From assembly GCA_040220235.1 (NCBI GenBank), contig JAVJTO010000028.1: a stretch of DNA of 42,254 nt; one strand, 5' to 3'. The notes below the pieces were generated by a model that saw only the letters and a list, made by a program, of their open reading frames with translations, had not been told where the DNA came from and did no database searches. Both the position numbers and the translations under genes were made by a program. Below are positions 19,931-29,150 of the stretch, in pieces. Numbering within the stretch: position 1 is the first letter of the stretch; each line of letters starts with the position of its first letter. The stretch is from Coleofasciculus sp. B1-GNL1-01. GTDB taxonomy: Bacteria; Cyanobacteriota; Cyanobacteriia; Cyanobacteriales; Coleofasciculaceae.

Positions 19931-20932
19931 TTATAGTGTAAAAGATTCGGTAACACTGACACCATTTAACACAACCTGCAAACCAAAATTAGTGCCTGGT
20001 TCGACTCGAAATTGTCGGAGTTGAACCCATAAATCTAACCCTCGCGATTGTACCGCTTGTAGCCTATCTCCAGACTCTGAAAGTAAAGCCAATGTCAGAT
20101 TTCCAGGTAAATAGCGATCACCCTCCGTAGGATGGACTTGAACGAACACACTAACCTTGCGATCGCGTTCTTGAGTTAGTGCCATCACCAAAGCCAGACG
20201 TTGACCCCCCAACTCCATGCCCAAATCAATTAATTTAGCTCGCATAATATCGGCATCTGGAAAAAGTTTAACGTCAGTTTTAAATCGACGAAATGCAGGT
20301 AAAGTTTGTCCTGATATCGACGGCTCACTGTCAGACTCTAATAACTCTTCAAGCCGTTGCCAACCCGCCGCAAACTGATTAGCAAACCACTGATTAAGAT
20401 TGACAATCGGGTTAGTTAATTGCTCAAAATACTCGAATAACGCATCAAGGGGTTGTAACTCTGGCAAAAACACCTGACCTATGCCAGCCGTTTGGGTAAA
20501 TCCCAACAGTCTAGATTCTTTTCGCTTCGGATCAATCGCCACAAAAACATAGCCAATGCGTTCCTGCCAAACCTCTGGCGGAATCGAGCCAAATTCGGGA
20601 ATCCAGCGATTGTTTTCAGAGCCTGAATAATTCTCGAATACTTTCACCGGACGACATTCTAACGTCCCCAACCCTTTAACCTTAAGATCTGCTACATCTG
20701 CCCCTAAACAGACAACAGGATTGGCAAAATCACTGTGTTCAATATCAGTATCGATTTCCATCAGTTCCAAGTAATCCCGAACCGCCCAAACTGCCAACGT
20801 ATTCAAATAAACTTGTTCTGCTTTTTCGGCTGTCGGTTGTTTTTGGGCAAACCCTTGTGCCATTTGGATTATTTTGGGCATAATGGGCATGGGCAAAGCA
20901 TTCTTTAAAAGTAATTCTACGCTAGTCATCAT
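19931..20932 (-). CDS. DUF1822-family protein
   Basis: KAEQVYLNTLAVWAVRDYL, DVADLKVKGLGTLECRPV, RIGYVFV..LLGF, VNLNQWF...GWQ, RAKLIDLG, VQVHP...YLP.NL.L.LLSESG. Confidence 0.88.
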   Translation of the reverse strand: MMTSVELLLKNALPMPIMPKIIQMAQGFAQKQPTAEKAEQVYLNTLAVWAVRDYLELMEIDTDIEHSDFANPVVCLGADVADLKVKGLGTLECRPVKVFENYSGSENNRWIPEFGSIPPEVWQERIGYVFVAIDPKRKESRLLGFTQTAGIGQVFLPELQPLDALFEYFEQLTNPIVNLNQWFANQFAAGWQRLEELLESDSEPSISGQTLPAFRRFKTDVKLFPDADIMRAKLIDLGMELGGQRLALVMALTQERDRKVSVFVQVHPTEGDRYLPGNLTLALLSESGDRLQAVQSRGLDLWVQLRQFRVEPGTNFGLQVVLNGVSVTESFTL

Positions 20933-20980
20933 TCGCTCCTTTCCAGTCCAATTATTGTTACGACATTAATTAATGATTCT

Positions 20981-21607
20981 CTATAAATATCCTTGCGATT
21001 CACCAAATTTGCGTAATAAGGGAACACAATGACGCTGGTAAAATGTTGCCAACGTGGAAACCTTACAATTAAATTCTGCTTCTAGTTTTCTCCATTCTGT
21101 CTCTGGTGGTAAGCGACGTAAGATTAAAACTTGACAAGTTATATCGGGACGTCCTCTAATATGAGAGTTGGATAATTCCCCCTCTGGATCAGATTCTGCC
21201 CACTGTCGGGTTTCTGCCAAAATCGGCGGAATATCAGGGTGGGTATCCGGCAAATTCTCAATCGGATCAGTTTGATTTTCCCAGTCTGGAGGCGGTTGAG
21301 CTTCATGATGTTGTTGTTGAGATTGTTCTCGGAATAAATCCTTCAGTCGTTTTTTAAGATAGGCATCCAACCAAGTTGTCACCGTGGCTCTCGCTGGATC
21401 ATAGTTCTCGATATTGCGGCACAGATACAACCAGGTGAGTTGTAGTGCTTCTTCATAATCAGGGGTATGCTCCCGCCATAGTTTCCCCGATTGTGCGATC
21501 GCCCGAATCAGTTGATCCAAGCAGCGACGCCGTTGCAGACTGCGCCGGGGATACTGGCAGGTTTGAGCGACAAGCTGACGCAGTTGTTGATCAATATCCA
21601 CACCCAT
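20981..21607 (-). CDS. Sigma-70-family (ECF-like) RNA polymerase sigma factor of the DUF1822-associated type
   Basis: Region-2-like YEEALQLTWLYLCRNIENYDPARATVTTWLDAYLKKRLKD and C-terminal HTH-like EWRKLEAEFNCKVSTLATFYQR. It lies immediately upstream of DUF1822. Confidence 0.78.
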   Translation of the reverse strand: MGVDIDQQLRQLVAQTCQYPRRSLQRRRCLDQLIRAIAQSGKLWREHTPDYEEALQLTWLYLCRNIENYDPARATVTTWLDAYLKKRLKDLFREQSQQQHHEAQPPPDWENQTDPIENLPDTHPDIPPILAETRQWAESDPEGELSNSHIRGRPDITCQVLILRRLPPETEWRKLEAEFNCKVSTLATFYQRHCVPLLRKFGESQGYL

Positions 21608-21980
21608 GAAATCACCTGAACTCGTTGCTATTGGTTTTGGAGCGGGTTGTTACCCTTTCATCCTCGGTTAAACTCATCCTTAATCATCATGTCAATTGAG
21701 TCTTGCACTCAGTTATCGCCACAACTCTCTAGTTTTTCGCAAAATTCACCATTTTTTGTGCGATTCATCTTGTCTGACATTTTTATATATATAGGGTACG
21801 GCAATGCCGTATCCCTACGGAATCTAGTTAATTCAACGATATCTTCAACGCTCTGGGGTTTTATGTAAAGGTTTGTAACGATTTTTCCCGGATTGCGAAA
21901 CTTTGAGAAATACCACCGATATCTCAGCAGAGATTTAGAAAATTCATCGACGCGACTTGAATTTAGGAGAAATTTGAACA

Positions 21981-22676
21981 ATGACTAATATCTACCAAAA
22001 ATTAGCCCTTGCCACCGCTGGCACAGCTTTAGGTTTGGCTGCGGTTGGAGTTCATCCAGCTCAGGCATCAAAGATAACGTTTGATGAGTTAAATTCTGGT
22101 GTAAGTAGCTTTTCTTTTGATGGTGATGGAAATGGAATTAACGACATAGTTTTTAGCACGACAGATTCGGCTGGGTTTAACACAGTCGGTCCAGGTTCAT
22201 TTATGAGCTATATCCAAGAACCTGGACTTGAGGGGACAACATTACTGGATGTTGATTTGAGGGCAGACTTTCTATTTGGAGCTGAAGACTACCTCACGTT
22301 TGGGTTTGCCCTTGATGACTTCTTTGAAAGTTCGGATACTTGGGCTGCCTTGGAAGTGTACGATAGTGATGGTAATTTGCTGGCTTCTGATTTCGAGTTT
22401 GGACAATACACATCACCAGATGGTATAAGTCAAGGCAATTTCCCAGAAGGTATTATTGAAACCAGCTTTACCGGAGTAGCCTCTTACGCCTTGTTCGACT
22501 TCAACAATGATAACAGTGGTGGTCAACGCTACATTATTGACAATTTTGAAGGAGTATTCGGCGATACGGAGGTATCTTCAGTACCCGAACCTTTGACTAT
22601 TCTCGGTTCAGCCACAGCTCTCGGTTTTGGGGCTTTATTCAAACGGCAACAGTCCAGAAAGCAAAAAAAAAGCTGA
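21981..22676 (+). CDS. PEP-CTERM exosortase-sorted surface protein
   Basis: Signal peptide ending PAQA, acidic Gly/Phe-rich body, C-terminal VPEPLTILGSATALGFGALF plus basic tail KRQQSRKQKKS. Confidence 0.93.
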   Translation: MTNIYQKLALATAGTALGLAAVGVHPAQASKITFDELNSGVSSFSFDGDGNGINDIVFSTTDSAGFNTVGPGSFMSYIQEPGLEGTTLLDVDLRADFLFGAEDYLTFGFALDDFFESSDTWAALEVYDSDGNLLASDFEFGQYTSPDGISQGNFPEGIIETSFTGVASYALFDFNNDNSGGQRYIIDNFEGVFGDTEVSSVPEPLTILGSATALGFGALFKRQQSRKQKKS

Positions 22677-22715
22677 GTCATTACTCACCTGTCTTAGTAA
22701 TGGCTGCCTCCGTAT

Positions 22716-22837
22716 AGTAGGCATTGTCTATCTAATTGTTAGATGAAATAAATGCAGTTTTAATAGAAAATGCCTACTCGCATCAATAGTACACATAATT
22801 ATTGTTATAACCCCGACTTATTCAAGAAATCGGGGTT
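22716..22837. repeat. Two palindromic elements between convergent genes (possible bidirectional terminators/REP)
   Basis: AGTAGGCATTGTCTAT (22716-22731) and ATAGAAAATGCCTACT (22763-22778) form a 16-bp IR with 1 mismatch. AACCCCGA...TCGGGGTT lies at 22809-22837. Confidence 0.6.
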
Positions 22838-22866
22838 CTGATTTAGAGGTAAGGGAATGGTAAGCG

Positions 22867-24924
22867 TTAATCCTCCATCTGTTTATATTCGGTGATATCG
22901 ACGCTACAGCCAATCAACCGATAAGGCTTATCTTTAGCATCTCGCACCGCTACACCACGGGAAAGAAACCAGCGAATCGTGCCATCTTTTTGCACCATCC
23001 GGTGTTCCATGCCATAGTGAGTTGTTGACCCGTCTAAATGAGCATTGATTTGATTTTCAACCTCTTGGCGATCATCGGGATGAATGAGATCTAACCAAGC
23101 CGCTTTACTATTCGCAATCTCCTGATCCTCATAGTGCAGCATGGTTTTCAAATTGGACGCCAGGTAGAATTCACCATTCTCCAGATTCCAATCCCAAATT
23201 CCCACATTACCCGCTTTTAAGGCGATCGCTTGGCGTTCCTCACGGCTGCGAAGATCGACAACCATTTGCTCCTGTTTCGCCAATTGCTCTTGTAGCAGGG
23301 TATTGGCTTGAGACAGTTGGGCGGTTCGTTCCTGATCCCGTTTGGCGGAGGCGGTTTCTAGCTGCTTGCGCTGGCTAATATCTCGCTCGATCGCCATCCA
23401 GTGGGTATAGTCCCCATTTTCATCAACCACGGGGACAATATTCAGTTCCACCCAAAACTCGGAACCATCTTTGCGATAGTTGATCAATTCCGCCCGTATG
23501 GGTTCCCATCGACATAGGGTATCACGAATTTTATCGGCTTGGGCGCGATCGGTTTTGGGTCCTTGTAAGAAGCGCGGTGTTTTGCCAATCACTTCTTCTG
23601 GGGTGTACCCTGTCATCCGAGTAAAGCCTTGGTTGACATACACGATTCGAGGACCGGGTTTGTCAATGGGGTGGGCTTCAGTAATCACGATCGCGTCATT
23701 AGCATTGAATACCGCCGATTCTAATAACCGCAACCGTTCCTCAGCTTGTTTGCGTTTGGTAATATCCCGAACAAAACTCAGGGACACTAAGCGATCGCGA
23801 TATTCAATCACCCGCGAACTAATTTCCACCTGCACCGGAGAACCATCTTTACGCCGCAGTGCATGTTCAAAAATAATACTCCCCGTTGCTTGCATCCGTT
23901 GACTGATGGTGCGTTGGCGATCCTCACCAATCGGCACATCTATATCACGAGTCTTCAGATTCAGCAGTTCTTTGCGGGTGTATCCTAGTCGTCTGGAGGC
24001 ATTCTGATTCGCATCTAAAATCCGACTGGTGGATAGGTCAATAATGAAGATGGAATCATTGGCGTATTCAAATAAGTGACGGTAATTCGCTTCCGATTCC
24101 CGCAGCGATTCTTCAACTCGTTTGCGTTCAGTAATGTCTCTAGCCGTACATATTACCGCTTCCACACTCTGGTGGTTACCCAGAATCGGACTTAGGATGT
24201 ACTCGTAATGACGCACACCCCCAAGGGTGGGATAACTGATTTCATCGGTCAAAGGGCGTCGAGTGGCGAAGACAACTTCCCGTTGGTTATTAAATAGTTC
24301 GAGTCCCTCAGGCGGTAGGTTTAACTGCTGCACCGTTTTGCCCAAAATTTCCGCTTGGGATAAGCCAAACAGTTGCGCGATCGCCAGATTGACGTAGGTA
24401 AATCGTCCCATGCGATCCAAGACGCAGATAGGATCAGGAGACGCCGAGAGAACTTGGTCAAAGATTCGCGCTTGCTGCTGAATCCGCGTCGTCAGTTCCC
24501 GCAGTTCTGACTCATCCTGTTCCTGGGCAATGATCGCATCATTCAGATCCAGTTGGGCGACTTGGCTAGGAGTTTTCCAGGCTTGATCTGTATCCCCAAT
24601 TTGATGATGATTAATCGTTCCAGTCACCAACGTGCCAGGGATGGCTTGCTGAACCGTTTGATAGGGTTGATTCGCTGTCTGAGTTTCTTGTGAGAGTTGA
24701 TTAAGCTGTTCTTTTAACTGCTTGTATTTTTTGTCTAATGTAGTGAGTTGTTCCTGAAGTTCCTCAATCGTTGTTGAGTGCGATTCCTCAAGCGGGAAAC
24801 CAAATGCCTGCTTGAGTGCCTCAATTACGACCGCCGTCCGATCCCGACCTGATGCCTCAGCCCGAGACCGAATTTCCTGACTTAGTTGTTCTGGAAGTCT
24901 AAATGTTGCTATTTTACTGACCAT
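22867..24924 (-). CDS. One-component regulator: N-terminal ribbon-helix-helix-like domain, coiled coil and four PAS/PAC domains, no catalytic output domain
   Basis: IATFRLPEQLSQEIRSRAEASGRDRTAVVIEALKQAF (RHH/CopG-like). PAC ends RDITERK, RDITKRK, RDISQRK and VDITEYK. The ORF stops right after the last PAC. Confidence 0.85.
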   Translation of the reverse strand: MVSKIATFRLPEQLSQEIRSRAEASGRDRTAVVIEALKQAFGFPLEESHSTTIEELQEQLTTLDKKYKQLKEQLNQLSQETQTANQPYQTVQQAIPGTLVTGTINHHQIGDTDQAWKTPSQVAQLDLNDAIIAQEQDESELRELTTRIQQQARIFDQVLSASPDPICVLDRMGRFTYVNLAIAQLFGLSQAEILGKTVQQLNLPPEGLELFNNQREVVFATRRPLTDEISYPTLGGVRHYEYILSPILGNHQSVEAVICTARDITERKRVEESLRESEANYRHLFEYANDSIFIIDLSTSRILDANQNASRRLGYTRKELLNLKTRDIDVPIGEDRQRTISQRMQATGSIIFEHALRRKDGSPVQVEISSRVIEYRDRLVSLSFVRDITKRKQAEERLRLLESAVFNANDAIVITEAHPIDKPGPRIVYVNQGFTRMTGYTPEEVIGKTPRFLQGPKTDRAQADKIRDTLCRWEPIRAELINYRKDGSEFWVELNIVPVVDENGDYTHWMAIERDISQRKQLETASAKRDQERTAQLSQANTLLQEQLAKQEQMVVDLRSREERQAIALKAGNVGIWDWNLENGEFYLASNLKTMLHYEDQEIANSKAAWLDLIHPDDRQEVENQINAHLDGSTTHYGMEHRMVQKDGTIRWFLSRGVAVRDAKDKPYRLIGCSVDITEYKQMED

Positions 24925-25254
24925 TTTTTAGTCGATTTAAATTATTGAGTTTACCGTTGTACAAGGGCGGGACGCTGAATCTCTGCTGTGAATTGAGAAA
25001 TCTTCGCGTTAGCTGATTGTACAAATGTCGTGGGTTAAACTCCTTGAATTCCCAAAACCGCTTTTTATTTTGATTCGGAGTTATCGAGCTAACCAGGATT
25101 GCCCATTGCTTCCACTATAGCCGTTCTCGGCATCTGTGGTATTACAGTATTACACCATTACCAGAGTTGATCAATCTCCGAGTTGGCTAAGACAATACAC
25201 CCTGAAAGGATTGGTAAGGATAGATGCTTTCCGTACTGTTCTAATCTAAAAAAA

Positions 25255-25346
25255 CAGGACTTACGCTTTTGTGCTAACGATATCCTGTTTGGCTTGTATG
25301 CAGGATTCATCGTTAACCCTCTAAGCGAGGTTGTGCGTAAGTCCTG
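25255..25346. mobile_element. 92-bp MITE with perfect 12-bp TIRs CAGGACTTACGC / GCGTAAGTCCTG
   Basis: TIRs at 25255-25266 and 25335-25346, with an internal hairpin AACGAT-ATCCTG...CAGGAT-TC-ATCGTT. IS4-like origin is from recall only. Confidence 0.75.
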
Positions 25347-25484
25347 AAAATGGGTTTCGGTGCTCTTGTTCAATTTTCCTTCCTCCGTCTATTAAGATGC
25401 CTCAGCAATATGTCTTAAATCTTTACGTGGATTAACGTAATAATTTGTCACAGTTTTTAGCTGAACTGTTGCCCAGCGAACACG

Positions 25485-25506
25485 AAAAACGCCCAGGCTG
25501 GGCGCT
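25485..25506 (-). terminator. Rho-independent terminator-like hairpin
   Basis: The minus strand reads GCGCCC-CAGCCT-GGGCGT-TTTT. Confidence 0.6.
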
Positions 25507-25604
25507 GGTCTAGGGTGCATTACTCTATCTTAGTTTAGTCGATGAGGGGTATTACCCCCCACCCCCTTAGTAAAACAACACACAGTTATTAAGGTTGGGT
25601 GCGG

Positions 25605-25792
25605 AGGAGCAGGGGGAGCAGGGGAAGATGGGGAAGCTGGGGGAGATGGGGGAGATGGGGGAGATGGGGGAGATGGGGGAGATGGGGAACACCTCGACTT
25701 CGTTCGGTGTGTCAGATGGGGGAAATTGTGTAGGGGCGGGTTTCACTACTATCTTTTCGGTTGCACCCATAAGTAACTAAACCCGCCCCGAC
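25605..25792. repeat. STRR tract (GGGGGAGAT)n plus REPIN (25729-25792)
   Basis: Direct 9-mer tandem repeats followed by TGTAGGGGCGGGTTT...AAACCCGCCCCGAC. Confidence 0.85.
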
Positions 25793-25819
25793 TCAGGTTT
25801 CTAGACTTCCCATCAGCAG

Positions 25820-26677
25820 TCAAGAGGGTGGTAATTCTAGTGCGATCGCGCCGAGTAGTCCTTTGCGAAAATCATTCAATAACTGTCGGGCAGCACGCTC
25901 CCCGTCGCCTTGGTAGCGCGTCTGTGCCAAGTCCTGTAAGTAGGATTCACCCGTGATCCCCGTTGGATCTACCTCATAACGGTTGTGTAAGGAAGACGTG
26001 GATGTGCGATCGGCTGTAGCCAGATCCGGCAATCGTTTTAGCAAATCTACAAACCCAGAAGCAACCCGCTGATTATCGTAAGACGCCTCACCAATGTCAT
26101 CACAAATAGCTAACTTTAGAGCATCCTCTTGATTGTGTAGCTTGGCGGGGATAACACCGGGCGCATCTAACAGTTCAATCTGATCGCTAATCCGCACCCA
26201 ACGCAGTTGACGGGTGACACCCGGACGGCGGGCGCTGTCCACCACACGCCGCCCCAAAAGTCGATTGATCAGAGCCGATTTTCCCACATTGGGAAAACCA
26301 ATCACCACCGCACGCACCGGACGAGGCTGCATCCCGCGATTTTTGCGCCGTTGATTCATCTGGACTCCCGCTTGCTGGGCGGCTTGGGCTACCTCTCGAA
26401 TCCCTTTTCCTTGCTGGGCATTTGTCCAGTAAGACATTTCCCCTTGTGCTTCAAACCAGGATGTCCACAACTGCTGCACCTTGGGCGTGATCAGATCCAT
26501 GCGGTTGATCACTAAGACTCGGCTTTTATTCCCCACCCACTCAGCGGTTTGCGGATGATGAGTAGTCAGAGGAATCCGCGCATCCCGGACTTCCAGCACA
26601 ACATCCACTCGTTTGAGCTGTTCCCTGAGTTGCCGTTCGGCTTTAGCAATATGTCCGGGATACCATTGAATGGTCAT
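25820..26677 (-). CDS. ylqF: Ribosome biogenesis GTPase YlqF/RbgA
   Basis: IQWYPGHIAKA, EVRDARIP, GFPNVGKSALIN, PGVTR, LLDAPG. Confidence 0.96.
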   Translation of the reverse strand: MTIQWYPGHIAKAERQLREQLKRVDVVLEVRDARIPLTTHHPQTAEWVGNKSRVLVINRMDLITPKVQQLWTSWFEAQGEMSYWTNAQQGKGIREVAQAAQQAGVQMNQRRKNRGMQPRPVRAVVIGFPNVGKSALINRLLGRRVVDSARRPGVTRQLRWVRISDQIELLDAPGVIPAKLHNQEDALKLAICDDIGEASYDNQRVASGFVDLLKRLPDLATADRTSTSSLHNRYEVDPTGITGESYLQDLAQTRYQGDGERAARQLLNDFRKGLLGAIALELPPS

Positions 26678-26884
26678 TGGTCATTGGTCATTGGTCATTG
26701 GTCATTCGTCATTGGTCATTGGTCATTCGTCATTCGTCAAGTCGGGGCGGGTTTAGTTACATCTGGGTGTAACCAAAAAGATAGTTGTGAAACCCGCCCC
26801 TACACAAATTCCCCATCTCCCCCATCTCCCCCATCTCCCCCATCTCCTGATAACTGATAACTGCTCACTGATAACTGATAACTC
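26671..26884. repeat. STRR heptamers (TGGTCAT/TCGTCAT)n, REPIN (26741-26804), (CCCCATCTC)n and (GATAACT)n
   Basis: Tandem units and inverted arms are directly visible. Confidence 0.85.
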
Positions 26885-26892
26885 CCTCATCA

Positions 26893-27303
26893 TTACGGTA
26901 CAACCAGCACGGGACAGGGTGACAAATTAATCACGCGATTGGTAACGCTTTCAGAAGCACCATCCTCAGTTAATCCCAATCCGCGACAGCCCATAATAAT
27001 TAGATCAGCATTAATTTCGTCAGCGACATCACAGATTGTAAATGGGGGTGTACCTTCCCGACTTAGGGTTTCAGTCTTAATACCATACTGATTAAACATC
27101 GCCTGAGCGCCTTTGAGTAGTTCGGCAACCATCTCCGGGGACATGATGTCCGGATTTGGCGATGGGTCATCTGGGTTGGGTTTTTCGACAACCGAGAGCA
27201 GAACTAACTTACTTTCATACTTTTGGACGATATTGGCGACAACTTCCGCCGCTTCACGGGCTTCTCGGCTTTGGTCAAGGGGAAATAAGACAGTCTTAAA
27301 CAT
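26893..27303 (-). CDS. Universal stress protein (UspA family)
   Basis: MFKTVLFPLDQS...ICDVADEINADLIIMGCRGLG...SVTNRVINLSPCPVLVVP. ATG 27303 is preferred. Confidence 0.95.
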   Translation of the reverse strand: MFKTVLFPLDQSREAREAAEVVANIVQKYESKLVLLSVVEKPNPDDPSPNPDIMSPEMVAELLKGAQAMFNQYGIKTETLSREGTPPFTICDVADEINADLIIMGCRGLGLTEDGASESVTNRVINLSPCPVLVVP

Positions 27304-27493
27304 TGTAATCACCTTGAAGGACACGGACTCCGGTAAAATGTGGACGGGAAAAGAGAATACATACTCTTGATCCTAATGATTGAGTTGATTGCTCTATAGA
27401 TGCAAGTCTGGGGGCAATCATTAAGCATACAACCACTGGCACGCGATCAGATCGCAAAGCATCAGATACAGGCAATTAGAGGAGAGTATTACT

Positions 27494-28699
27494 GTGTCCA
27501 AAAAAACTGTAGCAAATTTAAATGAGTCCGATTTAGCGGGAAAACGGGTATTGGTGCGAGCCGACCTGAATGTGCCACTAGATGAGAATGGTACGATTAC
27601 CGATGATACCCGCATCCGGGCAGCGTTACCGACGATCCAGGATTTAATCAAAAAGAATGCCAAGGTGGTTCTGTGTAGCCACTTAGGGCGTCCTAAAGGA
27701 CAAGTGAAGGACAGCCTACGCCTAACACCCGTAGCGAATCGTCTGTCTGAATTACTGGGTCAAACAGTGGTCAAGTGCGATGACTGTATTGGCGATGGGG
27801 TTAAATCTCAGGTTGACAGCCTGAATAATGGTCAAGTAGCGTTACTGGAAAATCTCCGCTTCCACCCAGGGGAAGAAAAGAATGATCCGGAGTTTACCAA
27901 AAAGTTAGCCGCCCTAGCTGATATTTACGTCAACGATGCCTTTGGTACGGCACACCGCGCCCATGCTTCAACCGAAGGAGTCACTCATCACCTACAGCCC
28001 TCTGTGGCGGGGTATTTGATTGAGAAAGAACTCCAGTATCTGCAAAATGCGATTGAAAATCCCCAGAACCCCTTAGCTGCGATTATTGGTGGATCTAAGG
28101 TGTCGAGTAAGATTGGCGTGATTGAAACTTTACTGGATAAGGTGGATAAACTGCTGATTGGCGGTGGCATGATTTTCACCTTTTACAAAGCCCGTGGCTT
28201 GAGTGTCGGTAAGTCGCTGGTGGAAGAGGATAAGCTGGAGTTGGCAAAGTCCTTGGAAGCTAAGGCAAAGGAAAAAGGGGTTGACTTACTTTTACCCACA
28301 GATGTTGTCGTTGCTGATAACTTTGCTGCTGACGCCAATTCTCAAACTGTGAGTGTTGAATCGATTCCTGATGGCTGGATGGGGCTAGATATTGGGCCTG
28401 ATTCCGTGAAAGTCTTCCAAGACGCATTAAGTGATTGTAAGTCGGTGATCTGGAATGGTCCGATGGGGGTATTCGAGTTTGACAAGTTTGCCGCTGGCAC
28501 CGAGGCGATCGCCCGGACTCTAGCCGATCAGACTAAGAAAGGCACAACCACGATTATCGGCGGTGGTGACTCGGTTGCGGCTGTGGAAAAAGTGGGTGTG
28601 GCTGATCAAATGAGCCATATCTCCACAGGTGGTGGGGCGAGTCTGGAATTACTCGAAGGTAAGGTACTTCCCGGTATTGCCGCATTAGATGACGCTTGA
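27494..28699 (+). CDS. pgk: Phosphoglycerate kinase
   Basis: [59 protein letters not shown]. Confidence 0.99.
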   Translation: MSKKTVANLNESDLAGKRVLVRADLNVPLDENGTITDDTRIRAALPTIQDLIKKNAKVVLCSHLGRPKGQVKDSLRLTPVANRLSELLGQTVVKCDDCIGDGVKSQVDSLNNGQVALLENLRFHPGEEKNDPEFTKKLAALADIYVNDAFGTAHRAHASTEGVTHHLQPSVAGYLIEKELQYLQNAIENPQNPLAAIIGGSKVSSKIGVIETLLDKVDKLLIGGGMIFTFYKARGLSVGKSLVEEDKLELAKSLEAKAKEKGVDLLLPTDVVVADNFAADANSQTVSVESIPDGWMGLDIGPDSVKVFQDALSDCKSVIWNGPMGVFEFDKFAAGTEAIARTLADQTKKGTTTIIGGGDSVAAVEKVGVADQMSHISTGGGASLELLEGKVLPGIAALDDA

Positions 28700-28842
28700 T
28701 GGTATCATTGCACGTCTTTACCTGATTTAGGCATGAGGGCGGGTTTTGTTGGGTGCATGTCAACGCAAGTAGGTTGGGTTGAGGAATGAAACCCAACGCC
28801 AGCAGGCTAGCGTGAACATTATATTTTCCCTGACATGCTCCC

Positions 28843-29044
28843 GTTTTGTTGTTCATTTATCGGTGAGATAGGGCGGGTTTTGTTGTTCATTTATCGGTGA
28901 AATAGGGCGGGTTTTGTTGTTCATTTATCGGTGAATAGCTGACTTTAGTCCCTAAACCCGCCCCTACAGTCCCTAAACCCGCCCCTACAGTCCCTAAACC
29001 CGCCCCTACAGATTCCCTAAACCCGCCCCTACAGATTCCCTAAC
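28843..29044. repeat. Amplified REPIN: 34-bp-period left-arm unit x3 (first partial) and 19-bp right arm CCCTAAACCCGCCCCTACA x4
   Basis: GTTTTGTTGTTCATTTATCGGTGA at 28843, 28877 and 28911. Right arms at 28950, 28971, 28992 and 29015. Confidence 0.88.
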
Positions 29045-29150
29045 TTGCACCGCTATCAGGGAAAATGTATCACTGCTTGCCCTGCTTCTAGACGTTCCAC
29101 CGGAACGTCTCTACAACCCCTGCTTCCCCACACCACTTATTCAGCCGCCC

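Noticed and set aside
10938..21607. Type III-E CRISPR (Craspase) locus
   Set aside because: No Cas7-11, Csx30/Csx31 or array is recognisable; the similarity is only an analogy of CHAT plus sigma.
23380..23720. Canonical LOV blue-light photoreceptor
   Set aside because: The photoactive Cys of GRNCRFLQ is replaced (GKTPRFLQ).
25567..25780. GEMGEM / PISPIS ORFs (also 2842-3099 and 26549-26857)
   Set aside because: Translations of STRR and REPIN DNA.
28950..29044. 19-bp repeats as a CRISPR array
   Set aside because: Linkers are only 2-4 nt, the unit is a REPIN arm, and there are no cas genes.
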